Assembly (NCBI GenBank): GCA_951406725.2
Contig: OX597819.1
Span: 133,486,001-133,550,000, forward strand
DNA from: Octopus vulgaris
Taxonomy: Eukaryota
Direction of reading: 5' to 3'
DNA length: 64,000 bases
A program made the translations under genes and the position numbers. Below are positions 54,750 through 64,000 of this stretch, one piece after another. The notes under the pieces are model-generated. The model saw only the letters and a program-made list of their open reading frames with translations, did not search any database and was not told the DNA's origin. The number at the start of each line of letters is the position of its first letter. Within the stretch, counting starts at the first letter, position 1.

Positions 54750-55905
54750 CATATATATGTAAGTATGTATGTATGTATGTATGCATGCATGTATGCATGT
54801 ATGTATGTATGTAGGTATGAATAATTCTAACAACAATTATGTTGGTATGAAAGAGAAAATGCCGAAATGTTGGTCTCATTTGATCGTATATTCCTCTCCT
54901 GTGCAAGCGGCCAATATCCGGTAGAGCCAGATATCGATTATTTGTATGCAATCTGTAGATATGCAACATTTTGTATTTGCGTAGGTTTAGCAATAGTTTT
55001 ATTGTATTGAATTATTGAATGAATATTTCCAAAGAAAGAGTGTTGATTGCACTTTAGCGTCTTCTGGTGGATTTACATTTTTATATATTTTGATAAATGT
55101 CACAGTCAATAGAAGAACCAGTTATCTATGGATTCCATTAAAATCAGAGTTTGGCAAACAAATTACCTACTTGGTACCACAACAATCTATCGCAGTGAAC
55201 ATATTTCCGTCATTGGAATAAATCTCTGATTAGTAACCCGACGCATTCGACAACTTTATAATCCGTTACAATCCTACACTGAATATAACGTTAAGTTTTT
55301 TTTTATCATTTGGGCATCTACCATTAGAAATTAAATTAACTAAAATAATGCACCTTACCGACGATAAAAACAGCTGTTCATATTCAATAGTTGCTATTAC
55401 TTGCGAGGGATAGTTTGGCGATGCATGAGGACACAAAATCTGATTAGAAAGGATGCTTAATTGTATTCGTAAATGATTAAATCTCTGTAGGTAACAGTAA
55501 ACGAATTAAGTTATGTATTTAACCTCTATGAATAAACGTTTTGATGAGACCTGTGCAGTAAAATTACACCCCTGAGGAAGAAGAGTATCATTCAATAACT
55601 ATAAAAATCAGGTAAAAGGAGCAATGTTTTAATTAAAGTGAGTGAGAAATGCATTACAATTCAAAGTAGATATAAACAATGAACAGAGAAGGAAACATGA
55701 GAAAAATTATTTGCATTTTAAACATATAATTCGATATTTCGGTGATGAGATCGACTAATAACCGACCAAGTTTAGCCTGGGGTTTTAGTCTGTGTAGACA
55801 CGAAGCTGTTGAGTGCGTCTAGCATAATGTATCGAATAATAAGCACTGAGCCACTTCCGCATGCTGTTGAGAGTGGGGTTTAATTATTATAACTATTTTC
55901 AATCA

Positions 55906-55976
<71 letters not shown>

Positions 55977-56024
55977 GTTTGTCTATCTATCTGTTTGTCT
56001 ATCTATCTATTTATCTCTCTCGCT

Positions 56025-56125
56025 ATAATTCTTATCCTTGTTTCAGTCACTGGGTCGCACCCATGCTGGAGCACCATCTTCAAGGATTTATTTTATCAAA
56101 TCGACCCCAGGACTTAGTTGTAGCA
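56025..56125 (-). mobile_element. 3' fragment of SINE family 1
   Basis: CTTGTTTCAGTCA...CCATGCTGGAGCACC...AAATCGACCCCAGGACTTA. Confidence 0.7.
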
Positions 56126-56451
56126 GGCGTATATTTACTGCAGTATTTACATTCCAGCACCTTGAAATTACATCGCTGTAAGTTTTATAGAAATAAAAAC
56201 TAATAAAAACTTTGAATTATTCGCTATAAGTTTGGCAATGCTCTTCAATAGACAATAATGATTTAGACAATAATGTATTAATGTTACTTTCTGTTTTTGT
56301 TAAAAAATATTTTGGTATTTTGTATGAAATTCTGTACAACTTTAGCCAGTCAACCATCTCTTTTCGTTCCGTTCAAATAGGGAAAAACAGTTTTTGAAGA
56401 GGAGTGAATTAGTAGAAGATGTAAAGGGCAAACCTAAACTCTGCACGATTC

Positions 56452-56670
56452 AGGCGGTCAGCTGACAAGATCATTTGCATAACGGACAAAATGCTTAGCA
56501 GCATTTCATCCGTCTTTACGTTATCAGTTTAAATTCCACCGAGTTCCTCTTTGCCTTTCATTCTCTCGGAAACGATAAAATAAGCACCGGTCAAGCACTG
56601 GTATCGATGTCATCGATTAGATCCTCTTTATCCAAACAATTTCAGGCCGTGCGCCTATTGTAGAAATAAT
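56452..56670 (+). mobile_element. tRNA-derived SINE family 2 (diverged)
   Basis: Aligns with 54153-54320 and 37865-38078. Confidence 0.7.
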
Positions 56671-58094
56671 GTTAGTGTTTATATCTTTCTGTCAAAAATG
56701 TAGTTCACTATATCTCGAGAGACAAGGTGAATAAACTCAGATACTAATGTCGATTTCATTAACCGTACACTTCCCTATAAAAACTGCATTCTTCAAAATC
56801 AAGAAAAAATATATTCTTAAAATTCACAGAATATACTGAGAAAGACGTATTATAATAAAGTGATTTATTTCATTTTTTTTTATTGTAACCCAATAACTGT
56901 ATATTTAAAACCGAATTTCCTTTTACTACATTCTGAACAGCTGTGTGCTATAAAATCTTCCAGAAATCGCTAAGAATCTCATGTCAACAACACCAACGTC
57001 TGTTTTTGTTTTTTTTAATTTTATTTCTGAATAGTAAACATTTTCAACATAAACAAATTCCTCATAAAAACAAGTCTCAGATAAATATTTTTTAATCAAT
57101 AAATTTCTTTTCCATCTCGTGTATTTTCAATAACTATTTTAATATATTTTTTTTTAAATTGATCAATAGAAATCTAATAAAATACACTGAATATCTAATG
57201 AAAAAAATAAAAAAATTCGGCAAATACGATTGAACATAGCTATGACTGAAGAAAAGTATTTATTCAGAGTCGACTATTTAATATATTTTATGAAGTGCGG
57301 TAAAACGAATTGAGAATTTTTTACATTCTTGGATATAAATTCTCATCAATGAAATAATTTTGATGGATGTCACCGTGTTGATGTTAAGAAGAGTCGCACT
57401 TAAAAGTATGGCTGACGAAGACAAGCGTTTGATGATTTTAATGCGATTATATGGTTTCCGCATTTCCGTAACTTCGTATCACAAGATTTATTGCATATTG
57501 AATCAAAGGACGAGGGAAACATTATGGTAAGGGCAGATGGCTTAAAACTCACAAAGCAAAATTCATTGATATACACCCGTTTAGAAAACATACAATTATG
57601 TTAAATACGGTTAAGAATATCTAATGAGAGTATCCTGCTTTAGGATGTACTCAGTTGCTGAAAATAGTCGCTGTTTGGCTTGTAAGATGTTTCAAACTAT
57701 CCTACTTAATATTTCAATTGGAAATTAGGCTAAAATGGACGATATTTAAATTGCAATTGATTGGATTCAGGTATGAATAATTATGGGATAGCTATTTAAC
57801 ATTAGTTTGAGAAATTACAATTTTAAGTAATCAATACAAATTCAATTACTAAATTAATTAATCAATCAAAGCAAGTAATCAATAACAACTGACAAATTAA
57901 GAAAATCTCTGCAAGAGAACATTGATTTAAATGGATTGCAAAATGCAGTGATTTTAAAATAACATTTCAAATAAAAGCATCGTGTCTGACATGCAACGCA
58001 GAAAATGTGGAGAGAAGAGTACAGGACGCTTAGTACGGTTAAATATTGAAACATTGTAGGTATGTTAGAAATTAACAGAGGAGCTATACGTACA

Positions 58095-58106
58095 TATAAG
58101 TGTATA

Positions 58107-58184
<78 letters not shown>

Positions 58185-58271
58185 CGTACATACATGCATA
58201 CACACACATACACACAAATATATATATATATATATATACGTACATACATGCATACACACACATACACACAA

Positions 58272-58310
<39 letters not shown>

Positions 58311-58380
58311 AATATATATATATGTATATATGTGTGTATATATGTATATATGTATATATATGTATACATGTATATATGTA
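58095..58380. repeat. (TA)/(CA)-rich microsatellite with an internal ~50-bp tandem duplication
   Basis: TATACGTACATACATGCATACACACACATACACACAAATATATA... occurs twice. Confidence 0.85.
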
Positions 58381-58384
58381 TCTG

Positions 58385-59825
58385 TACTGACACTGCTTCT
58401 GAGGAAAGTAATAGCTGGGTATGCATATAAATGCCGCCAACAAAAAGGCAACCATTTGTTATTCATGGATGACCTCAAACTTTATGGTAAATATGAAGCC
58501 CAAGTCAGTTCCCTCGTTGATACGGTGCAGAGTGGAGTTTGGACTGAGAAAGTGTGGTGTGTTAGTCTTGAAGGGTGGTAAAATCAAATGTATGGGCGGA
58601 TAACGATACCGTTGGGGGAGGTTATGAAGCAGATAGAAGAGACGGGCTATGAGTACTTGGGGATTTGGGAAATGGATAAAATCATGGAGAAAGAAATGAC
58701 AGAAAACTTTAAGGTGGAGTACTTACGCAGACTGAGACTGATTCTTAAGTCGAAATTAAACGGACGGAATAAGATCGAAGCTATCAACACCTGGGTGGTT
58801 TCACTCCTTAGATATGAAACGGGTAAACGCATGGACAGTAGACAAACTAAACAGCTTAGACAGAAAGACAAAGAAGTTGCTAACTAGATATGGGTCACTC
58901 CACCCAAAACGTGACACAAACACACTGTATGTACCAAGAAAAAGAGAGGGAAGAGGACTTATTGGATGCGAACAAGGCATTAGAGCAGAAGAAAACAACA
59001 TAGCATGGTATGTAAAAAATGCCACAGAACCATTATTATTAGAAGTAAGAAGGTCAGGCTTGTGTAGGATTAAAGATTGAAAAGATAAAGCACTACTCAA
59101 GAAATTGAAAACGAAGGAAACCGAAAATAGGTGGGTAAACAAAAGAATGCATAGTCGATTTCATAGGGATGTTGAAGATAAGACAGGGAAAAAAGATGGC
59201 TGTGGATGACTAAAAGTGATTTAAAACCGGAAACGGAGGCTCTAATCTGTGCTGCCCAAGAGCAAACACTAAGAACAAACTACATAAAATACAGAACAGA
59301 CAACACAGCAGAAAGTGATAAGTGCAGAATCTGTGGACAAAACAGTTAAACCGTGTGGCATATTACCAGCCAATGTACGCCGCTAGACCAGAAGAAATAG
59401 AAGAGACACCACAACAATATAGCCAGGTTTGTCCATTGGACACTTTGCAACAAGTATAGACTTGACAGAACAAAAAATTGGTACGACCACAAACCTGAGG
59501 GCATTGTCGAAAATAGAAATGCAAAGATCCTATGGGATTTTATGATTCAGTGCGACCATGAGATTAACAATAGGAAGCCGCACATAGTCTTAATTGAGAA
59601 AGAAAAAAACTATGCTGGATCATAGATATAGCATGCCCAGCTGACAACAAGGTATGCGATAAGGAAGAAAGAAATGTCGAGAAATATGACAGGTTAGCTT
59701 GGGAAGTTAAGCAGTTGTGGTCGATGAAAAAGGTAGCAGTAGTACCAATAATTGTCGGAGCCCTGGGAACAGTGTGCAAAAATCTCGAGAAGTACGTGGA
59801 ACAAATAGGGGCTGCAATAAGGGTA
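58385..59825 (+). mobile_element. R4/Dong-type LINE remnant (RT C-terminus, CCHC, RLE)
   Basis: Motifs [75 protein letters not shown] and VVPIIVGALG. Confidence 0.88.
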
Positions 59826-60063
59826 TTGTCTCCCCTTCTCCCTAGCTCTCCTGTGTGACCCTTCTATCCGGCATTCACCGTGATAGATCGCTAACCACTA
59901 CACATTCTTTATTTTCTCTCCTTGTTTCTGTCTGTGTTCCTTTCTGTGGAAGAGCGAAGGCTCGAAACGTTAAAAGTTGTTCAATTACCGAGCATTAAAC
60001 TAATACATCTGTTTATTGTCTATACCACCTGTCTTCGTCCTATGTTTTTTTTCTGTGAATTCT

Positions 60064-60066
<3 letters not shown>
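59826..60066 (+). mobile_element. PLE-like terminal repeat with a variant hammerhead motif at 59940-59976
   Basis: CTTT-CTGTGGA-A-GAGC-GAAG-GCTC-GAAAC-GTT-AAAAG; homologous to 30783-30943; ends at (TA)n. Confidence 0.65.
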
Positions 60067-60110
<44 letters not shown>

Positions 60111-60120
60111 AATTGTTATT

Positions 60121-63100
60121 TACTTTGATACTTTGATACTTTGATAGGTTTCGGCCATTATTGGCCCAGGCCATGTCTAACTTAATAGCACCACCTGATG
60201 AAGTCTTTCAAGTCAGAATTTGGGCACTATGGCCCACTCAAGTAGAGAGTTATTGTTTACAGAGACATATCCGGGTGTAGGGGGTTTATCCGGGATTTCT
60301 TGAAGGAATCTGTCCAAAGACTTCTTGAACCCTATAGGGTCAGTTTCTGTTTTAATGTGTTTTGGTGTAATGTTAAAGAGAGCGGGGCCAATTGAGGTGA
60401 AATAATTGTGCCGTATTGTTGTTATGAGATGAGAGTGCGATTTTTGTTTTGGGCGGATGGCACGGGGCCCAAGCCTTGGATGTACCTTAAAGGTGATGCC
60501 AACATCATTTGGGCAATGCTGATGGAATATTTTCCACATCATGCAGATGATGTAGCGCTCACGACGACGTTGGAGAGAATAGAGTTTTAGCTTTTCTAGT
60601 CGACCCCAATAGTCGAGGCCTGTCATGCCATCTATCTTTTTTGTGATTGCCCTTTGAGGTGCTTCGACTTTTTTGATACCTTGTATTGTGTGGGGAGACC
60701 ACAGTGGACAACAGTATTCAAGGTGGGGTCGGGCAAAAGTGGAGAAGAGAAGGATAATGGTGTGGATATCTCTCGACTGGAAAGTTCTGAGAATCCAGGA
60801 ACACATTCTGCGGGCCATGTCAACTTTGGTGTTTATATGAGTGGCCCAGCTTACGTTGTTGTCCACAATTACTCCCAAGTCTCTGATGTTGTTGGACGCC
60901 ACGAGAGTTTCACCTGAAGGAAGGGAGTATGGGAGTTTCAGGGCATCCTCTTTTCCAAAGTGGATTAGCTCAAATTTATCCTCGTTCAGCAGCATATTGT
61001 TTTTTTCTGCCCATTGGATAACAGCCAGTAGATCTGACTGAAGGCATGTCCGGTCACTCGCCTCATTTATGACCTTCTGTATCTTGGAGTCATCTGCAAA
61101 GATTTTTATGTTGCTGTGCTTGATGATGTCATTAATGTCATTAATGTAAATGATGAAAAGAAGTGGGCCCAGCACAGTGCCTTGCGGAACGCCACAACTG
61201 ACTTTGGCTGGGCTTGATTTTACCCCTTCAACTACAACATGTTGAGATCTGTCTGTCAGGAAACACTTAATCCATTTCAGTAACTTTCCAGAGACACCAA
61301 TGTTGGATAGTTTTTTCAATAGGATCTTGTGATCGACCCTGTCGAAGGCCTTACTGAAATCAAGGTAGATGACATCGGTGTTGGAGCCCTCTCCCAAAGC
61401 TCTCAAAATGTCCTCAAAGTGATGCAGGAGCTGCGTTAGGCAGTCCCTTCCATTACGGAACCCATGTTGGTTGGAGATCAGCCGTCTGTTGCTTTCCAGA
61501 AATTGGGTTATTTGAGATCTCACCACCCTCTCAAATACCTTGATGATATGAGAGGTGAGTGAGATCGGACGGTAATTCACTGCAAGGGACTTGTTTCCCT
61601 TTTTGAAAACTGGGACAACAGACTGGGACAGAAGGTTTTTTGGAATATAGCCAGCATCCAGTGAGTTTCTCCACAGATTAGCAAGGGGAGATGCAAGTTG
61701 GTGTCGACACACCTTCAGGACACAAGCAGGGAACCTATCGGGGCCTACTGCTGAATTGTGTTTTATTTCGTTTATCGCCGCTAAGACATCAGGGGCACTA
61801 AACGTTATGTCCGATATAGTGTGTTGGGGGTTGACATCACTGATACAGCCCAGATCGGCCATATCAGGATTGCTGAAAACAGAGCAGTATTGTTTCTGCA
61901 GTATCTCGGCCATGGATTTGGCATTATCTTGGAGAGTGCCAGTTTCGTCAATTAGAGGGCCTACAGTGGAGACAGTGACCCTGCGTTTCCTCGCAAATGA
62001 AAAGAACACTTTGGGGTTGAGTTTGATTTTTTCAATGGCCCACTTCTCCTCAGCTGATCTTTGGTTATTGATGAGGGACTTCATGCATTGTTGGAGGTTA
62101 TATTTTTTGGATTCAAGCAGTGCGATAGCCGTCGAATGTGTGTGTTGCTGTTGGCAGTACTTTAGTTTGTTAATTTTTTTGTTTGTTCTTTTTATTTTTC
62201 TGATAATGGTTTTTCTGTTTTGGGGGATTCTGCACTTTTTGTTCACAGGTCTTGGTGGGGAGTGTTTTGCACATATGTCTGTGACGGTGTCTACAAAGAT
62301 CTGCCAAGATGTTTTATGGTTGGTGGAGATGTGTGTATGTGTAAAGGACCAGTCAACATTTGATAGCTCGTTCCTGATTGCATCCCAGTTGGCTTTATGG
62401 AGATCCATGTTGTCAAATGGGTGGGCTGGAGGAAGGTCACTAGGATTAGCTTTCGGCTGGTGGAATTTCATGTTACAGAGAACCATGTCATGGTCTGAAA
62501 GAAGGGTTTTTTCCACTGTAACGTTATGTATAGTGTTAGTGTGGTTACTAAACACTAGGTCCAAAATGTTCTGATGTCTTGTTGGTGCAAGGACAAGTTG
62601 GGACAAGAAAAACTCATTCGTAAAGTCGAAAAGTGACTCTGCTGCTTCTTTGTCAGCGGTTGAGGCGGGAGTGCTTGGTTTCAAACAGTTTGTAGTCCAG
62701 TCAACACAGGGTAGATTGAAGTCTCCCATCATGAGTATGTTGCTAGAATGGCACTGTTGAATAAAGCACTTAATGCTGTTGAGGCATTCTTTAAAGCACA
62801 GTATGGGTGTTTGGGGCGGCCTATAGAGCCCAATTACTGTCAGATCATTGGCTTTGTTGTGCACGGTGACTGATTCACAGTAGCCGTTGGAGAATATACT
62901 ATTTCCATCTGCCGTAAATGAATCATGCAGGAAAATGGCAGTTCCACCCTTCCTCCTGCCGATACGATCCGCGCGGATGGTTGTGAAATTCTTCACTCTC
63001 ACTTCGGCTTCCAAGTGGGAGTTGTCAAGGTGGGTCTCAGTGAGAATGAAGAAAGGGATGTGGTGTGAATGGTTACCAACCCAGTCTTCAATGAATTGGA

Positions 63101-64000
63101 CCTTCCATTTTTGTGCATTGATGGAAGGGCTGACACCTTGTGCATTGAGTAGGAATGTGGAGGTTAGTGTAGTGGCTGGTTTTGACTGTTGCAGGGGGCT
63201 TGGATTTTTTGTGTGTGTTAGTGGCAGCAATGTGGGGAATTGGTGCACTGGGGTAATAGCATAGGATGGTGTTGAGTGATGGCTAGAATGTTTTTGTGTA
63301 TCTCTTTTGCCATGTTCAACATGGCTAAAAAAATTTTCCTGCTTAGGGAGCAGTTTTTGGCTGGAGGTGCGGTTGCACTGTTGGATAGGGTTGTAGTTTC
63401 CACTTTTGTTGTTGTTGTTTTTGTGTCTTCCTGAAAAGACTGGACCAGCATTACTGCAGCATGGTGTGTTTCTATTTTTATTGTTATTCAGGTTTGTGTG
63501 TTGGCTTGAGGCCCCGTTTCTGTTTGTGCGTCGGGTCCCTGGAAGATGAGTGAAGGGACAGTCACTCAGTAGACATGTTCTCTCACGTTGGGAATACCGG
63601 CAGATTTTGGGACTCCGAGTTGTGTGTGTTTTGAATTTCGATTTACTATTTGGTGGTGTTGATGTTATTGTGGGATGCGTGCTTTGGCCTTGGCCAGTAG
63701 TGCGTCTAGTGCCGGGTAGATGCGTGAAGATGCAGTCACTATTTGTGCAGAGTCTCTGGCGCAGTGAATAGCGGCATATTTGGGGATTTCTTGTTTGTGC
63801 CGTGGGGGGCGCATTCTGCTTCCTATGTTTCTTTAAGTTTTTGTTACTGCAGTAGTATTGAGGTGGTGATGTGGGGGAAGAGGGTAGTGGTTTCTTATTT
63901 GGTTTTCTGTTGGTATTTTTGGTGATAGAAGACAATGGTGGCAGCGGTGGTGATGATGATGATGATAATTGTGGTGGTTGCTGTGAGAGCGGTGAAAAGA
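60121..64000 (-). mobile_element. CR1-group LINE, apparently intact, 5' end beyond the window
   Basis: Uninterrupted ORF, ~65-nt 3' UTR with a stem-loop, and a (TATCAAAG)3 8-bp tail of the kind typical of CR1. Confidence 0.95.
60213..63998 (-). CDS. LINE polyprotein: two CCCH zinc fingers, APE endonuclease and reverse transcriptase (>1240 aa, 5'-incomplete)
   Basis: CRYSLRQRLCTNSDCIFTH and a second similar finger; APE motifs LLNAQG, LTETHL, YRPP, GDFN, LDLVF, SDH; RT motifs YRPISLTS, QHGFR, YLDFSKAFD, GVPQGTVLGP, FADD. The frame stays open (FSPLSQQPPQLSSSSSPPLPPL) to the window edge; the 63935 'start' is only a TTG. Confidence 0.93.
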   Translation of the reverse strand, partial: FSPLSQQPPQLSSSSSPPLPPLSSITKNTNRKPNKKPLPSSPTSPPQYYCSNKNLKKHRKQNAPPTAQTRNPQICRYSLRQRLCTNSDCIFTHLPGTRRTTGQGQSTHPTITSTPPNSKSKFKTHTTRSPKICRYSQRERTCLLSDCPFTHLPGTRRTNRNGASSQHTNLNNNKNRNTPCCSNAGPVFSGRHKNNNNKSGNYNPIQQCNRTSSQKLLPKQENFFSHVEHGKRDTQKHSSHHSTPSYAITPVHQFPTLLPLTHTKNPSPLQQSKPATTLTSTFLLNAQGVSPSINAQKWKVQFIEDWVGNHSHHIPFFILTETHLDNSHLEAEVRVKNFTTIRADRIGRRKGGTAIFLHDSFTADGNSIFSNGYCESVTVHNKANDLTVIGLYRPPQTPILCFKECLNSIKCFIQQCHSSNILMMGDFNLPCVDWTTNCLKPSTPASTADKEAAESLFDFTNEFFLSQLVLAPTRHQNILDLVFSNHTNTIHNVTVEKTLLSDHDMVLCNMKFHQPKANPSDLPPAHPFDNMDLHKANWDAIRNELSNVDWSFTHTHISTNHKTSWQIFVDTVTDICAKHSPPRPVNKKCRIPQNRKTIIRKIKRTNKKINKLKYCQQQHTHSTAIALLESKKYNLQQCMKSLINNQRSAEEKWAIEKIKLNPKVFFSFARKRRVTVSTVGPLIDETGTLQDNAKSMAEILQKQYCSVFSNPDMADLGCISDVNPQHTISDITFSAPDVLAAINEIKHNSAVGPDRFPACVLKVCRHQLASPLANLWRNSLDAGYIPKNLLSQSVVPVFKKGNKSLAVNYRPISLTSHIIKVFERVVRSQITQFLESNRRLISNQHGFRNGRDCLTQLLHHFEDILRALGEGSNTDVIYLDFSKAFDRVDHKILLKKLSNIGVSGKLLKWIKCFLTDRSQHVVVEGVKSSPAKVSCGVPQGTVLGPLLFIIYINDINDIIKHSNIKIFADDSKIQKVINEASDRTCLQSDLLAVIQWAEKNNMLLNEDKFELIHFGKEDALKLPYSLPSGETLVASNNIRDLGVIVDNNVSWATHINTKVDMARRMCSWILRTFQSRDIHTIILLFSTFARPHLEYCCPLWSPHTIQGIKKVEAPQRAITKKIDGMTGLDYWGRLEKLKLYSLQRRRERYIICMMWKIFHQHCPNDVGITFKVHPRLGPRAIRPKQKSHSHLITTIRHNYFTSIGPALFNITPKHIKTETDPIGFKKSLDRFLQEIPDKPPTPGYVSVNNNSLLEWAIVPKF

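Noticed and set aside
61756-62574. 272-aa plus-strand ORF and other antisense ORFs over LINEs and Tc1
   Set aside because: They are antisense shadows of transposon ORFs with no recognisable motifs.

Overview
AT-rich, microsatellite-dense eukaryotic DNA with no host protein-coding gene that I can support. The SINE families and repeat landscape suggest an octopus or other coleoid cephalopod; this is an inference. The window is mostly mobile elements. It holds an apparently intact CR1-group LINE ORF (CCCH fingers + APE + RT) that is still open at the right edge, plus three truncated relatives and a separate Myb/SANT + polyQ + CCCH ORF1-like remnant. There are several R4/Dong-type RLE LINE remnants, many beside (TAA)n tracts, and a non-coding (TAA)n-inserted retroposon. 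Penelope-like element (PLE) remnants carry hammerhead ribozymes: two with a long stem II, one minimal, and a family with a variant core. DNA transposons include two Tc1 DD34E elements (one with IR/DR ends; one with a putative 5'-UTR intron, an ETS-CRE site and a local MITE derivative), rosa-like and mariner remnants, and a MULE fragment. Three tRNA-derived SINE families are present, and a 1.08-kb element sits in one SINE head with a 16-bp target-site duplication. Most short ORFs in the supplied track are microsatellite or antisense artefacts.
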